Shown: positions 26,001 through 40,209, numbered from the stretch's first letter. The stretch: 64,000 nt of DNA from Nageia nagi (GCA_050084985.1 JBITNC010000001.1:25172001-25236000); one strand, 5' to 3'. Notes: a model not told the origin generated them from the letters alone. Made by a program: numbers and translations.

Positions 26001-29000
26001 AATCCCTTTTTACATGAATAAATATATATCTAACCATGCTCCAATTAGTTACACAGCTCATGGTTGTCATGACAATTGGCATCTTATAACTGATTCATAT
26101 GTTTTTTTTCCTTTCATTTTCTTTATCTTTATAATTAAAACTTCTCTTTATTTAACTTTCATTTCAATGTTGTTTTCATTTTTTATGATCTTCTTCTTTA
26201 TCAAGTGATCTCATTTCATCCACTTTCTTTTCTTTTTCACCTTGTCACTTGAGGGGGAAATCATTTTGTTTTGAGTAATATAGTATCTACAAATTTAATT
26301 TAAGATCAAGTATTTTCATTGGTGTTGTAGTTAACAAACTTAACCTTATTATAATGGGGAAAAAGTAGAAAGACATCAATAAACCTATTTATCACACTTC
26401 AAATCATTGAGCATGGCTACTCAAGTCTACATGTCATCGATAAATATGGCAATTTAAGCCCATAAATGAAGTTGATTATAACAACTTGAGGTTACATGTC
26501 TTTGACTAGGTCTATTTATTGAATGCATCAAAAGTAGTTAAATCATGTGAAATGCAAATATCATTAAAAATCCTTTAATCCTTGATTTATTTATCCCTCA
26601 TTATTTTCAAAATGATTCAAAGCCATAAACATTTATCTTTATCACCATCAATGGTATCTATCACAGATATTTTATAACTAAAATCATTATTTATGTCATA
26701 CCTTATCTTCATAACAAAAAAGGGTAAATTTAGATTACAAAATTCTTCATCATTTTCCCTCTTGCATATTTTACATTAAAAATTAAATTAATGTCAAAAC
26801 CTTCACCTTTTCCAAACTAACTAGTAACATTAATCTTGTAATGAGAAAATGGTAAAGGGGGTATGTAAGGTAAAGTGATTAATCGTTAGTTGTTATAACC
26901 TAATATCTTGTAGCTATATTCTCCACCCGAGTCAAAAATAAATCTAACCTTGCTTACATATCCCTCCATCTCATGTTTCCACCTTAATAAACTTAGCGAC
27001 TCACTTCTCCATATCACTATATGTATTGAATGCCATATGGATACCTTTTCTTCCATTAAATCAAATCAAATTTAATTTAAGATACATTCCAAACTTACAT
27101 TAATGTTTACAACCACCTAAAATCAAATCTTATACCTTATTAGATATCACTATTGGAATTATATAAATAGATGCCTCCATTACCCTCCTCCAAGGTTAGA
27201 ACTTCATAAACAAAAGAATCCTTATGCTTGTAAATTTGCTTTAAACTTGTACTTTAATGAAAAATAATAATTAGAAACTTTAGAATATTTGATCCAAAAT
27301 CTCCATTTCCTACTATCCATCCATATAAATTCATCTTCCAACCATACAAATTGGTCTCATTCTCATCTCCACTATGGAAATAGGCTAGTTTAGAAAGGAC
27401 TAGACCATTTTCTTGCAGATTGTAAATAATTCATCGATGAATCTAAGGTAAGAAGACCATGAAGATAACATAAATAAAACTATTAGAGTAAAATTAATAC
27501 AATCAAAGTTTCATTTTCACTACCTATTGTAGGTTTGGTAAATGAGAAATTATAGTAATTAAATAATAAATACAATCCCAAAACCTACTTAGACTGAAAT
27601 GGCTAAAGATAACTAATAGTGGAAATAAATGATATTCAATATGGAATAAGCTAAAGCTTATCAAGATGGAAATTTGAATACTTACCTGCTTTACTTACTT
27701 GTTACAAATAAAAGAAAGCAAGACATGAATGAAGGATAATCAGGCGAAGATACCACCAAAATTATAACTCATCGATCTGCCAAAATTGGATCATTATCGA
27801 TCCTCCCAAAGAAAAATAGGTTGTTGTCAATCCTTAGATAGGTTATTGTTAGTCCTCTTTTGGAGGAACTTGAAGTCATGGTCAAGGTTTTCACCTTACA
27901 AGCCTACAAGAATGTCTAGTTATGCTCATTAATAGTATGATATCTCACATAAAATAGTTAGAGTATCCAAATTTTGATCTTGATAAGGTGGTATTGAAGG
28001 ACAACTTAAAGGGAATATGCCACTATCAAGCTCAAAATATGTTATCCAAATATACCTTAATAATGGACTTATGTGGATCTTGGTTATATAGGAAACTTGA
28101 TGATGTAAACCACTCCTTGGTGGACTCCCACACCTTGGGTCTTGTGTTACCTACAAAAAAGATACACATTAGTCCACTATTATATATTATGATAATTATA
28201 ATATTGATAATAATGAAATAACTTGATAATAACAATTTAATAATTTCAAATAATTACATAAACTACATTTATGTAACTATAGATGCCCCACTTTATAAGT
28301 ATAATTGAAAATATAAGTATTTGAAAATTATGCATTCCAAAGTAAAACATAAAGAAAAACTTCCCTGAATTTTTTTATGGCTCCACTCAATGACAATCTC
28401 CAACTCCATACCCCGTTTTTGATTTGGATGCTTTTCATAACAAGGAAAGAAAGAAGGATTCAAGGCAATAAGAACCTACAAGATAATGTTCTACCAAAAC
28501 ACCAATCCTCACAACATTTATTGCTTAATCATAACATGATCATACATGCTTATAAAGATATGTTAGCTCAAATTTATTATCATACATATTAATGTTTTCA
28601 ATCATTGCTAATCAAATAAAAAATATTGAGATAAGCAAGATGCAATAGATAATCTTAGGAAACATAACCATCTACCCAAAAGAATCATGGTTGACAATAC
28701 CACATAGTGATATTCTAATTTCTGCATAGTACAACCATCTACCAATGAAGGTCATTGAGGAATTTATCCATGATTTTTCTCATAGTATGATAAACTCAAT
28801 AATAATAATAAACCAAATGATTATACTTGGTTCTTATGCTTGATTATGATAAATTAACCTATCCGAAAATAAAAACAATCTTAAGGACCCTTGAGAAAAC
28901 CATTCTCCAAAATAGGAGCATGATTTTATGCAGAAAGAGGAATGATGATGATACAAAAATGGGTCAACGATAATCCTTTTCTTGATTCTGGCACTCTTAA

Positions 29001-29102
29001 AATCACCATGTTAAGTGAATTTTGATGGATTTGATTATGATTTTAGTTTCTAACACTTCTTAAATCATTGCACTAAGTAGATTTTGAGGGATTTATTTTT
29101 TT

Positions 29103-29355
29103 GATAAGCATGGTTTAACATAAAACACTAATATTCTATTTGGTACCCTATAGTTGAAGCCCTCTTGGATGACTTTCAGGAATAGGATCTGATAAGAAAC
29201 CCTATCATAAAATACCAACATTCCATTTGGCACCGTATGACTAGAATCTCCCTTAGTATATTCATAAAGGACAAATTTGATAAGAAGCCCTAACATAGAA
29301 CACCAATGTTCTATTTGGCAACCTATGACCAGAACCTCCCTTGGTACATCCACCA
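29103..29355. repeat. Diverged 88-bp tandem repeat x3
   Basis: GATAAG..CATA.AA.AC.AA..TTC.ATTTGG.AC units start at 29103, 29191, 29279. Confidence 0.75.
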
Positions 29356-30887
29356 AGGTTGACTTATTTTTGTGACTCTTGATAAACTAATCAACTTATA
29401 ATCATTGATAAGAACTGATAAATATATGATATTGAAAAACTCATACATTAGTAATCATTGCTAAGAAAAATATAAGCATGATAACTATATTGTTAAGGAA
29501 AGATTCTAAATATAATAATCACATCAATAATAAATATTATTAGAAAGATAGTCATATTGATAAGAATGGTACACACATGATAATCTCATTGATACACAAA
29601 ATACTTAATAATAAGCATAACACATAAATGATAATTACATTGATAAGCACTTTACATGATATTCATAAGCACAACATATGATAATCTCATGGATAAAGTT
29701 TAGGATCAACCATACCTTATACCTACCTGAAGGTGATATTAAGTTTGATCATCTTTGAAAATCTAGACTCAACAACTGAATACTCTAATCTCAAATTTGC
29801 TCTTCCTTAAGCATGAATGATAAAATCTAAAAATTTGAGCTCAAATCTCACCTAAAAGTGGATAGTTAAGAATCTAAAAATTGTTAAGGAATACTATGAA
29901 CAATTCATGTTTGGCAATATTTTCCAAAATTTGAAATATCATTAATCTCAACTGCTTTGAAAAATACCCCACTATATCCCAAAAGTTTCTTAACTGCTCA
30001 TCAAATATTTTGAAACTGATTAAGCCTCTTGTTGATTTTGTTGAACTAAGATTGTGCTTATTGGAATTAATCTGATTATTTTTGCCTATTATTTTTCTAA
30101 AAAATTGATCTTAAGTGGATCACTATCGATTCATTTTTCTAAATTGGTAGGATCAATGACAATCCAAATTTCATGTCCAAATATACTGATCTCAACATGC
30201 ATGCTTCTAAAATTTTCTCATATTTAATTTTGATACATCCTAATTGATAATCTATTTATCTCACTAAAATCCATTGATTCACAACTTACCCTTGAGCTAG
30301 ACTATGATTTCCCACATGCTTACTTTTAGTATTTGTTAATCATGAAATGCAATTTCCTATACCTAAGATGCACTTGGTCAATATTATAAGTTAATAGACA
30401 ATATGCCAAAATGAAAGAATCTTGAAAAACATGAGAATATTGATGACAAACTAATGAAGCAAAATTTGAAGAGATAAATAATGAAAAGTGTGATGATATA
30501 TAAAATGAGAAATCCATAATGAGAAATAGCCAAAATTTGATGATAAACATGAAAAAAACATGATGATATAGCCCCATATTAATCAAGTATGTGCAATGGA
30601 TTGACTTATATGATGTGCAACCTATATGATGATAATGCAAGTCTATATGATAACCCATAAGTGATGGTTAATTATGCCCCTAACCAACAAAGGGAAAATA
30701 ATGATTAATTATATCCCCAACCAACTAAGGGGGTATACAACATGTAATATTAGATATATGAGGATGTAATCTTATGTTATATAAAATTCATTCATATACT
30801 ATATGAGCTACAAAAGAAAGAAAATATGCTAGTTATAATTAGGTACCTAATTATCATCACCATCATTATTATTTTAATGGTTATCTA

Positions 30888-31159
30888 TGAGAAATCCACA
30901 ATGTTCTTGATATTACACAAAATGAGTTACATATTTATAGGCTTAAGAAAGCCATTACAAGACAAAATAAGTTGAGAATAATATTCTCATGAACAACTCA
31001 CACTATACGTATCACCTTTAGATCACTACATGACAAATTACTTGTTATAACAATAAGCTAAAAATACTAAGACCTAGATACTTAGGAAAATACTTTAGGC
31101 CTAATTAATTAATCCTAATAACTTAGGACTTAGGAATAATGTTAGAAATACTTCCAACA
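30888..31159 (-). repeat. 3' LTR (272 bp)
   Basis: TGAGAAATCC...CTTCCAACA; no difference seen versus 36633-36904; PPT AAGGGGGAGTA (minus) adjacent at 31160-31170. Confidence 0.97.
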
Positions 31160-34100
31160 TACTCCCCCTTGATGCTAAGTGGACTTACAAGGAAGTTCCT
31201 TAGCTTCAAAAATTGAGCTTTTACAATAGCTTTGGTAAAAATATCAGCCACATTATCTAAAGTATTAATATGTCTAAGCTCCACTATCTTCTTCTCCACC
31301 ATGTCTCTTATGAAGTGATACTTCATATCAAAATGCTTTGACCTGCTATGATGGATTGGATTTTGTGCCAATTGGATGGCACTCTTGTTGTCACAATACA
31401 AAATAGTAGCACCACTTTGAATCTCACAAAGCTCTTCTAGAATCTTCCTTAACCACAATGCTTGAGCACTAGCACTTGTGATTGCAATATACTCCGCTTC
31501 GGTAGATGAAAGAGCCACCATACTTTGTTTCTTTGAACTCCATGTTATCATACCTGAACCAAGACTGAAACATTGGCCGGATGTACTCTTTCTATCATCA
31601 ATGTTGCTCCCCCAATCTGAATCACTATAGCCAACAAGTTTGACACTCCCATGTTTGATGTAGTGGATGCCAAAATCAATTGTTCCTTGAACATATCTCA
31701 GAATTCTTTTTGCTGCTTTCATGTGTGACTCAAATGGATCACTCATATATCTGGATACAAGTGATGTAGCAAATGCAATATCGGGTCTAGTGTTTGTGAG
31801 AAACATAAGACTCCCTACAATGGATCTATAAGTGGTTACATTGACTCTCACTCCCCCATCATCCTTACAAAGAAGCTCACCATGAGCAATTGGAGTGGGG
31901 AGTGGTTTACAACTTTCCATACCAAATTTCAACAACATATCTTTAGCATACTTGCTTTGACATACAAATATTTCATCATTACATTGATATACTTCCAATC
32001 CTAAGAAGTAGTGCATAAGACCCAAGTCTTTCATTTCAAATTCATTCATCATTTTCCTTTTGAATTCATCATTCAATTTAGAAGAACTACCCATATAAAT
32101 CAAATCATCAACATATAAACAAACAAGTATAAGATCAATACCTTGCTTCATGATGTAGAGGGTAGGTTCATTCTTGCTCCTCTGGAAACCATATTGTTGA
32201 AAGTAGCCATCTATTCTTGAATACCATGCCCTTGGTGCTTGCTTTAGGCCATACAAAGCCTTCTTCAATTTGTAGACTAGATGCTCTTTTCCTTTTATGA
32301 TGAAACCTTGAGGTTGTTCCACATAAACCTCTTCTTGCAAGTAGCCATTCAAAAATGCACTTTTCACATCCATGTGCATTACTTTCCACCCTTTTTGGGC
32401 AGCCAAAGAAAGGACCAACCTGATTGTCTCTTGTCTTGCTACTGGTGCAAAAGTCTCTTCATAATCAATGCCATATTTTTGCTTGAACCCCTTTGCAACA
32501 AGCCTTGCTTTGTGCTTTTCAATAGTTCCATCACTATTGTATTTGGTCTTGTAGACCCATTTGCAACCTATACATTTCTTATCTTTTGGAAGCTCCACAA
32601 GCTCCCAAGTTTCATTCTTTTCAATAGAATGCATTTCTTCCTCCATTGCCTTCATCCACAAATCATTAGTACAAGCATTTTCAAAACAAGAGGGCTCAAC
32701 ATCAATGCTAGTCATAAGTGCATAATTGACAATATCACCACTATGATCTTCATTTTCATCATCTCCATACATATGCAAATTTTCAAGTCTAGATACAACA
32801 TTTTCCATCTCTTTTGCTTGACTCCTTGTGAGTCTCTTAGTGAAATTTGTATCTAAAATATTAGAAGTAGGATGATTTGCCAAAATTCTCTTCCACTTTT
32901 TAATATTTTCCTTTGCTTGACTCAATGGATTTGGTGGGCTTGAGGTACTTGGTGTGCAAGGTGAAGAAGGACTCTCTTGGCCTTGGCCATTTGTGGGCTC
33001 AACATTTGCATTGTTAGGCTTATTAGAAGAATCTTCATTGGCTGGTCCAACCTCTTCTATGAATTTTGGATGACCATCAGTCTTTCCCCCTTCATCAAAA
33101 ATCACATCTCTTGATATTACAATTTTCTTTGTTTTTGGATTGTAAAGTCTATATGCCTTAGAATTGTCACAATAACCCACAAAAACACATGCTTGGCTTT
33201 TTGGATCAAGTTTTTTTCTTTTTACATCAGGAATGTGTGCATATGCTAAACAACCAAAAACTCTAAAATGTGCAACATTTGGCTTTCTTTCATACCATGC
33301 TTCATAGGGGGTGATTCCTTCCAATGATCTAGTTGGGCTCCTATTAAGAATGTAAACACTTGTTCTACATGCATCAGCCCAAAACATATATTCCAAATCT
33401 TGAGAATGCAACATGCTTCTTGCCATATTCACTATTGTCCTATTTTTCCTTTCACACACACCATTTTGTTGAGGAGTAAAACTTGTAGTAAGTTGCCTTT
33501 TAATTCCACAATCTTTGCAAAATTTTATGAATTCATTTGATATATACTCCCCTCCTCTATCAGTCCTTAGACATTTTATAAAATATCCACTTTGTTTTTC
33601 CACATTATTCTTGAATTCCATGAAGTAATTAAGAGCTTGATCTTTAGATTTTAAGAAAAATATCCAACACATTCTTGAAAAATCATCAATGAAAGTGAGG
33701 AAATAGGAATTCATACCCATACTTTTTGTTTGCATTGGACCACATATATCTGAATGCACCAATTGAAGAGGATAAGAGGCTCTCCATGCTTGGCCTCTTG
33801 GAAAACTTGATCTATGGTGCTTGCCCAAAGCACAACCTCCACACACATCTTTGATTTCATCCACCTTTGGCAGCCCATGTACCATTTGATGAGATGTCAA
33901 AAGCTTTAAGCTTGAGTGATTGAGATGCCCATATCTCAAATGCCACAACCAACTTTTATTTTCAATAGACACATTAGCAAGTGCAGCCCCTTGGCTTCCA
34001 AATTTTAGAGGAAATAATTTGTTCTCACTCATTGGAACAATGGTAACAACCTTATTACCCCTATTCTTATCATAAATTACACATTTGCCATCATCAAAAA

Positions 34101-35328
34101 CAAGTTTGTAATTATTTTCCATGATTTGTCCAATACTTAACAAGTTATGTTGAAGTTTGGGAATAAAGTAAACATGATTTACCTTTTTCATTCCTTCCTT
34201 GGTTGGAACCTCCATGGTACCCATGCCTTCAACTTGTAATGTGCTATTATCACCAATTCTTATCTTTGTCTTGAAGGAGTCATCAATGTGAGCAAATAGC
34301 TCTCCTTTGCCCGTCATATGCTTGGATGCTCCTGAATCAAGTAGCCATGTCTCACTCATGTTTGGATCAGCCTTCCCATATGTCAAAAAAAGATTTGTAT
34401 CCTCTTCACCATAGTTTGCACTTCTCCCTTCTTGAGAAGCCTTCAATCTACATTCCCTCACATAGTGCCCAAATTTATTGCAATAGTAGCATTGCTTATT
34501 GGATTTGTCACTTGCTTTGGATTGTTGTTGCTGATGTGGTTGGCCTCCTTGGCCTCTTCCTTGACCTCTACCTTGGCCTCTACCTTTCCTTCCTCTTCCT
34601 CTTCCTCTACCTTGGCCTCTACCTTGGCCTCTTCCTTGACTACTCACATTGGCTTTCCCTTCTTTGAGTGCAAAAGCCTTGTCATCACCACCTCCAAAGC
34701 TTGAAGATGATGAATCTTGTAGTCTTTCTTCATGGGACATAAGTGAACCAACAAGCTGATCATAAGAGAGAGTAGCAAGATCTTTGCTCTCTTCAATAAT
34801 GATTGCAACCGGATTCCACTTTGGAAGAAGAGATCTCAAAACTTTTTTTACAACCACTTCATTTACAATATCTTCACCAAGTGTCTTCATTTTGTTGACA
34901 CAAGTTTGAACTCTAACACAATAATCAGCAACCTTCTCTTCATCATTCATCTTGAGATTTTCAAAATCCCTCTTGAGAGTTTGAATTCTCACTTGCTTGA
35001 CTTGATTGCTTCCTTGGTATCCATCCTTCAAAGCTTTCCATGCATCTTTGGCTGTTGTACATGAAGCAATCCTTGGGAATATGCTCTTATCCATTGCCAT
35101 TTGAAGATGATATAGAGCACAACAATTCTTCTTTTGAGCTTCTCTCCTTGCAATCCTCTCAGCCCCTTGCAAAATAGACCAATCAGTTGGCTCATCATAG
35201 CCATCTTCTACAATCTCCCAAAAACCTTTACCAATGAGTAATGTCTTCATTTTGATAGACCAATACTCATATTCTTCACCATTGAATTCAGGAATTGGCC
35301 ATGAGGGGTTGTTGCTATTGGAAGCCAT
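31123..35328 (-). CDS. Copia Gag-Pol polyprotein (1401 aa)
   Basis: Gag [11 protein letters not shown]-rich tract, [14 protein letters not shown]; protease LLDSGAS; integrase [36 protein letters not shown]; [19 protein letters not shown]; RNase H YSDSDW, STEAEY, ADIFTK. Confidence 0.98.
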   Translation of the reverse strand: MASNSNNPSWPIPEFNGEEYEYWSIKMKTLLIGKGFWEIVEDGYDEPTDWSILQGAERIARREAQKKNCCALYHLQMAMDKSIFPRIASCTTAKDAWKALKDGYQGSNQVKQVRIQTLKRDFENLKMNDEEKVADYCVRVQTCVNKMKTLGEDIVNEVVVKKVLRSLLPKWNPVAIIIEESKDLATLSYDQLVGSLMSHEERLQDSSSSSFGGGDDKAFALKEGKANVSSQGRGQGRGQGRGRGRGRKGRGQGRGQGRGQGGQPHQQQQSKASDKSNKQCYYCNKFGHYVRECRLKASQEGRSANYGEEDTNLFLTYGKADPNMSETWLLDSGASKHMTGKGELFAHIDDSFKTKIRIGDNSTLQVEGMGTMEVPTKEGMKKVNHVYFIPKLQHNLLSIGQIMENNYKLVFDDGKCVIYDKNRGNKVVTIVPMSENKLFPLKFGSQGAALANVSIENKSWLWHLRYGHLNHSSLKLLTSHQMVHGLPKVDEIKDVCGGCALGKHHRSSFPRGQAWRASYPLQLVHSDICGPMQTKSMGMNSYFLTFIDDFSRMCWIFFLKSKDQALNYFMEFKNNVEKQSGYFIKCLRTDRGGEYISNEFIKFCKDCGIKRQLTTSFTPQQNGVCERKNRTIVNMARSMLHSQDLEYMFWADACRTSVYILNRSPTRSLEGITPYEAWYERKPNVAHFRVFGCLAYAHIPDVKRKKLDPKSQACVFVGYCDNSKAYRLYNPKTKKIVISRDVIFDEGGKTDGHPKFIEEVGPANEDSSNKPNNANVEPTNGQGQESPSSPCTPSTSSPPNPLSQAKENIKKWKRILANHPTSNILDTNFTKRLTRSQAKEMENVVSRLENLHMYGDDENEDHSGDIVNYALMTSIDVEPSCFENACTNDLWMKAMEEEMHSIEKNETWELVELPKDKKCIGCKWVYKTKYNSDGTIEKHKARLVAKGFKQKYGIDYEETFAPVARQETIRLVLSLAAQKGWKVMHMDVKSAFLNGYLQEEVYVEQPQGFIIKGKEHLVYKLKKALYGLKQAPRAWYSRIDGYFQQYGFQRSKNEPTLYIMKQGIDLILVCLYVDDLIYMGSSSKLNDEFKRKMMNEFEMKDLGLMHYFLGLEVYQCNDEIFVCQSKYAKDMLLKFGMESCKPLPTPIAHGELLCKDDGGVRVNVTTYRSIVGSLMFLTNTRPDIAFATSLVSRYMSDPFESHMKAAKRILRYVQGTIDFGIHYIKHGSVKLVGYSDSDWGSNIDDRKSTSGQCFSLGSGMITWSSKKQSMVALSSTEAEYIAITSASAQALWLRKILEELCEIQSGATILYCDNKSAIQLAQNPIHHSRSKHFDMKYHFIRDMVEKKIVELRHINTLDNVADIFTKAIVKAQFLKLRNFLVSPLSIKGEYVGSISNIIPKS

Positions 35329-36618
35329 TCTTTAGTGCTTAAATGCAAAAAATTGCAAAAAATACACACTCTCTGGTTTTACACAGTGCTGCAGAATAAT
35401 AACAGAAAAAAAACAGTCACTTGTTTTTTTTTTTTTTTTACACTAACAGCTTCTCTCACTGTTTCTCCACACACACAGGTTCTCTTAGTCTCCCAGTCTA
35501 CAGCACAGGCTTCTTTACACCTTCACAGGTCTGGTGTTCCTCTTTGGTGAGGATGGGAGCCTATCTTGGCTCACAGGTTGAGTGTAATCACGAGCCACCA
35601 AACGCGAGCCACCACTACGTGAACAAAAAAGGCCGATTCACTGTTTTGCAGCAAACATTTCCTCCCAGCGCACTGTTTCTTCAGCGCGCGAGCTCCTCCA
35701 CGTGAATGTCACGCGACTTTGCACGCAACACAGCGCAACACGAGTTTCAGAGACCTCCGCCGCGCGATCGCACGCGAGTTTCAGACCTCCTCCTTCACGC
35801 GATTTCCCCCTCTGTGCGAAATGTTTCAGACCTCCTCCTTCACTGCGCGAAACGTTGTCCACGCACGAGAATGAAAGACGAACTTCAGGCTCCTTCAGCG
35901 TGCAACACAGCACGCTAGCTCCAGACCTCCTCCACGCGAGCTCGTCAGACCACGAAAATATCTCCTTCTCCGCGAGCAATAGATCACGAACAGACCACCC
36001 CGGCGCAAGCTTCAGATCTTCTCGGCGCGAAATGTTTTTCTACACCACACGAGCTGCAGAAATCCACGCACGCGACTCCTCCTCTCGAGCAGCTTCAGAC
36101 CTCGAAACGTGAACGTCTCGCGACTACGCGATTTTGACCACGAACAGCAGGCACGACTCGTTGCTCCTTCAGTGCACGAACGTGATCTCCTCCGCACGAC
36201 TCGTTGCTCCTTCAGTGCACGAACGTCACCTCCGTGCTGCCTTGGCGAATATCTCCTCCTCGCTGCCTTCGCGAATGTCCCCTTGACCTCCGCGCGGATC
36301 ACGATCAGTCTCAGATCATCAAAGATATGACTTTCCTCACGCGAGCTTCACAGCGTGATCAATCCACTCTCTTCAGTGTACATCTCCTTCCTTCACATAC
36401 ATGGACAGGAATGGAACGTCACAACACTAAGGCTTTGGATTTCAGCTCTTTGCTTCCACAGAAACAAGAATGTTTCCAGAGGCTTTGGATCACACACTTG
36501 CAAGAATTTGATAAATTCTTTGCAATGCATCCACAAGCTCAATAACTTGATGACAGTCCTTGAGGAGCTTGATAAGATCCTTCAAGACTTCACCCACTCT
36601 AACCCAAAAAACAACTAT

Positions 36619-36630
36619 GCTCTGATACCA
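36619..36630 (-). other. Primer-binding site (initiator Met tRNA)
   Basis: GCTCTGATACCA = TGGTATCAGAGC on minus, 2 bp from the 5' LTR. Confidence 0.95.
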
Positions 36631-36632
36631 AT

Positions 36633-36904
36633 TGAGAAATCCACAATGTTCTTGATATTACACAAAATGAGTTACATATTTATAGGCTTAAGAAAGCCAT
36701 TACAAGACAAAATAAGTTGAGAATAATATTCTCATGAACAACTCACACTATACGTATCACCTTTAGATCACTACATGACAAATTACTTGTTATAACAATA
36801 AGCTAAAAATACTAAGACCTAGATACTTAGGAAAATACTTTAGGCCTAATTAATTAATCCTAATAACTTAGGACTTAGGAATAATGTTAGAAATACTTCC
36901 AACA
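36633..36904 (-). repeat. 5' LTR (272 bp)
   Basis: Identical by eye to 30888-31159; CTATAAATA TATA-like motif on the minus strand. Confidence 0.97.
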
Positions 36905-37139
36905 ATCTATGATTGACATACATGTAGATGACATGTTCACCTCACCTGTGCCAGCTACACATCTTAATCCTTCCAATGAGGGGCATCCCTCCACTGTTTC
37001 CATACAATATCATGTGGATGTAGCCCAGCCAGTATATCTTTATACTAGTCAATCCAACCGTCATAGGATAATCTCCATAGTCATTACATCTCATGAGATC
37101 ATCTCCTCACATAGGTTATCTCAAGTCCCATTACTAGGG

Positions 37140-37790
37140 TAACTTCTATCATTTGTAAGCACATTCAACTTTCCTAGATGAATATGCTCCTAGGACCACA
37201 CCTAACATAGTAGCAAGGTACTTAGTCCCCTCCATCCTCAAGTTGCACTTGCTAGCACTTTGTATGCCTATACTAGCAATGTCGACCACCAAGAAAATAC
37301 TATCCTCCCTTATGCCATCTTGATCATGATGCTAAACATGTTCTAAGGGAACCATGATCCCAAGGAATCTATTAGTACAAATGATGAAATCAAGAGCATG
37401 ACCAAGGTCTCCCTCTTTCCTAATCAACCTATCTAATAAAATGACTCAATGAGTGGCACTCTACCCTGTATATCTTAGTTCTTGTAGCCATATATGACAT
37501 ACAATAGCATAATAACTCTATCAATAACCATAGTTATGATCTCACCCTTAATTGGTAAGTGAATGATAAGATAGACATCCTCCAATATGATGGTCATCTC
37601 CCGAGTGGGAAGATGGAATGTGTACTTATCAATATCAAATGTCTCCCTCATCACGATCATATAGGTGGTATCCCTAGGATCCTATGCATGCAAAACACAC
37701 CTATGGAGTTTATCACCTCTAGCCAATCCTAGTTAGCCTGGTTTAGTGTGTCATGCACTTATGTTAGGAGTGGGAAAAACTTGTATCTTA
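37140..37790 (-). pseudogene. Plant mobile domain (PMD / aminotransferase-like) remnant, probably TE-borne
   Basis: YTFHLPTREMTIILEDVYLIIHLPIKG matches the PMD signature TFHLP.GEMTITLEDV..ILGLPI.G; disrupted by stops. Confidence 0.7.
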
Positions 37791-40209
37791 GTATCATTTG
37801 GAACAAGTTTTGTCATGAGGTCAATCATCATATCATGTCATTTTAATTCAAATATTTATGCCTAATTAAATTTATGTTTTGTATATTATCACTTTATTTA
37901 TGTTTTTATTTCTACATTTGTCAGTTTTATATGTTGGAATTTTTTATATTTTTATGTTAGTTTATGTTGACTTTCTAGTTTAGATTGTTAGTACAAACTT
38001 TGTTGAGTTCGTTAAATTTTGTTGAAACTTAGGTTTTATAGGTATATGTAAAAATCATCTAATTTAGGGATGATTAAGTTAACCCTAATCATCTACCTAT
38101 GGGATGATTGCTTAATCTTCCAAACAACTGGCTTAATCCTCTAGGTCCTAGATAACCCCCAAGTCAGGATCATCTGAGTGTTGGATGATTTGCAGAGTCA
38201 ACATCAAAAAAATAAAAAATGCATGATAATTATTGAAAATAATAAAAATCTATCAAATTTTAAATCCAAATTAAAAATTTCCATTTTTCAAAGTTAGTCA
38301 AAGATGGGTATTAATATTTTCTTGCTTTACATAATGGGTTTCTTGGTCTAAAGTCACATTTAGTATATCCTTTTATTGTATTCAATACACCTTTGTTTAA
38401 ACCTATATAATTTTTTTTATGTATGTTATCATTTCTAAACATAAATCTCATGTGACATATCATAGCGACATGGTTTAATGGTGTGTTATGTGTTGAGATT
38501 TCCTCACTGCATATTTTCGAATTATAGGGTTCTAAAACTTTATGCATCTAATTCATAACCTATTATTCTTATAGTTTATGATCAATTACTATGGTAACCT
38601 ACCATTCGTTCACTACTATTTTATTGTGTGATATCCTAATTTTAAACTACAAAGAATTAAACCATGAGTGAATAGGGAAACACCCTACCTTTTTCCATGG
38701 TGGCCCGTGCCTTGATGCATCACCTTCGTGACTCAATGCCGCCACTACCATGTCAAGTATTTGTATCACTATTTATAGGTCACCACTAATCGTAGTCTCA
38801 AAATGCTATAGATTTCTATGGTTTTCATAAAAGGGGGTCAAAGCTTAGAGAACATGTTAAGTCAAAATATAAGGTGACAAACTTTGCAACCTTTTTTATT
38901 TTTATTTTATGTTAGATCAGACTATCTAAATGACCTTGCAATCATCCAGATGACGTTGCAATCATCCATATGACCTTATAAAACCCTAATCACCTGGATG
39001 ATCTTGCAATCATTTGGATAACTAGGTATGTCATTTGTATTCCCTTATCATTTCCCTTTCATTTTTCATTTTCAACTTGCTTTTTATTAACTGATTAGCT
39101 ATCAAATGGTCATTATCTATAATTCTTAATACCTTCACTTTTAAGGGGAGATATTTACATATTTTATCATTTTGATCAAAATTTTTCAAACTATATGAAT
39201 CAATTTTTGTCATTAGTTATCATAAGGGGAATCTCAAATGCATGGTCATTTTTTTACATTTTGAATGTGTTGTTTGGCATCATTACTCAACATGATTGAT
39301 TATCATTATTAGATTCCAACATCATCATGTTCGATGCCCGCATTTATTTTTTGTTCAAGCATCATATGCATATGTGCTATGGTTAATGTATAGCTTTCTT
39401 ATGTAGATCTAGGCATAATTGAGTTACTTGGCCTTGTATATTGCTATTGTTTATCATATATTTGCATATAGATCAAATTATTATCAATATTTATCTAAAA
39501 GAAATTTTTCTTGATCATTATCCATAGTCTTGCCAATATGTATCAATAATTATCTTATAACTTATCAATTATATCATAAATATTATCATTAGAATGTTCA
39601 TTTGCACACTAGGCATTGTAACTACTTCTATCACCTTTTTGAATAAGGTTTAGGAGGCCTACATTCTTGTTAAGCTAGGGCTTGCCCTACTTGATTTTCC
39701 ACAAGGTCTCAAGGACAAGTGTGGATTAAGGATTCCACTAATCTTTAGCTATTTTGCAATTCCCCATATAAATCATTTGATACTTCAAATTACAAAGGAA
39801 AAATCTCATCCCTACAACTTGTCATTTATCACATCGTAGGAAAATTAGTATGTAAGGTTTAGTTTCTTGTAATTGGTTAAAAAGGTGTGTTTCTCAATTC
39901 ATATGCAAGAAATTTAGCTCTATAGAGAAAATATAAATAAATAAATGAATATATTCAATAATATTATAATTTTATATAAATAGCTAAATAAGTAAAAAAA
40001 CTTTGTATTAAAAATATTTATCTAACATATACCTACTTTGGTTTTCCAAAAAATTCCTCAAAACATATTTTTGTTACTACCTCTCCTAGAGGAAAGGGAC
40101 ATATCTAACTAATATCAAAGAAATTATTTTCAACCATTACATTGTGGTTCTCTTATACAATATCTATCATGGTTCTAACTTAAAACGAGATGAGTAGAAA
40201 ATGAGATAA

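Larger units (their letters stand above)
30888..36904 (-). mobile_element. Complete, intact Ty1/copia LTR retrotransposon (6017 bp; Ivana/ONSEN-like gag, lineage inferred)
   Basis: TG...CA LTRs at 30888-31159 and 36633-36904; TSD ATCTA at 30883-30887 and 36905-36909; PBS; PPT; single open gag-pol. Confidence 0.98.

Noticed and set aside
26400-28900. Possible LINE ORF1 or LTR remnants
   Set aside because: Only faint motif resemblance; too decayed to assign or bound by eye.
30888-31159. ONSEN-like heat-shock elements in the young copia LTR
   Set aside because: GAA/TTC triplets (e.g. GAGAATAATATTCTC) are not in the 5-bp alternating phase required for an HSE.
34545-34640. RG/GQ-rich 12-bp repeats as a novel domain
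   Set aside because: RG-rich tracts before the zinc knuckle are ordinary in copia Gag.
35335-36720. Short ORFs on both strands of the copia leader as extra genes
   Set aside because: Expected from high GC and internal repeats; none is long or recognisable. Kept only as a non-coding finding.
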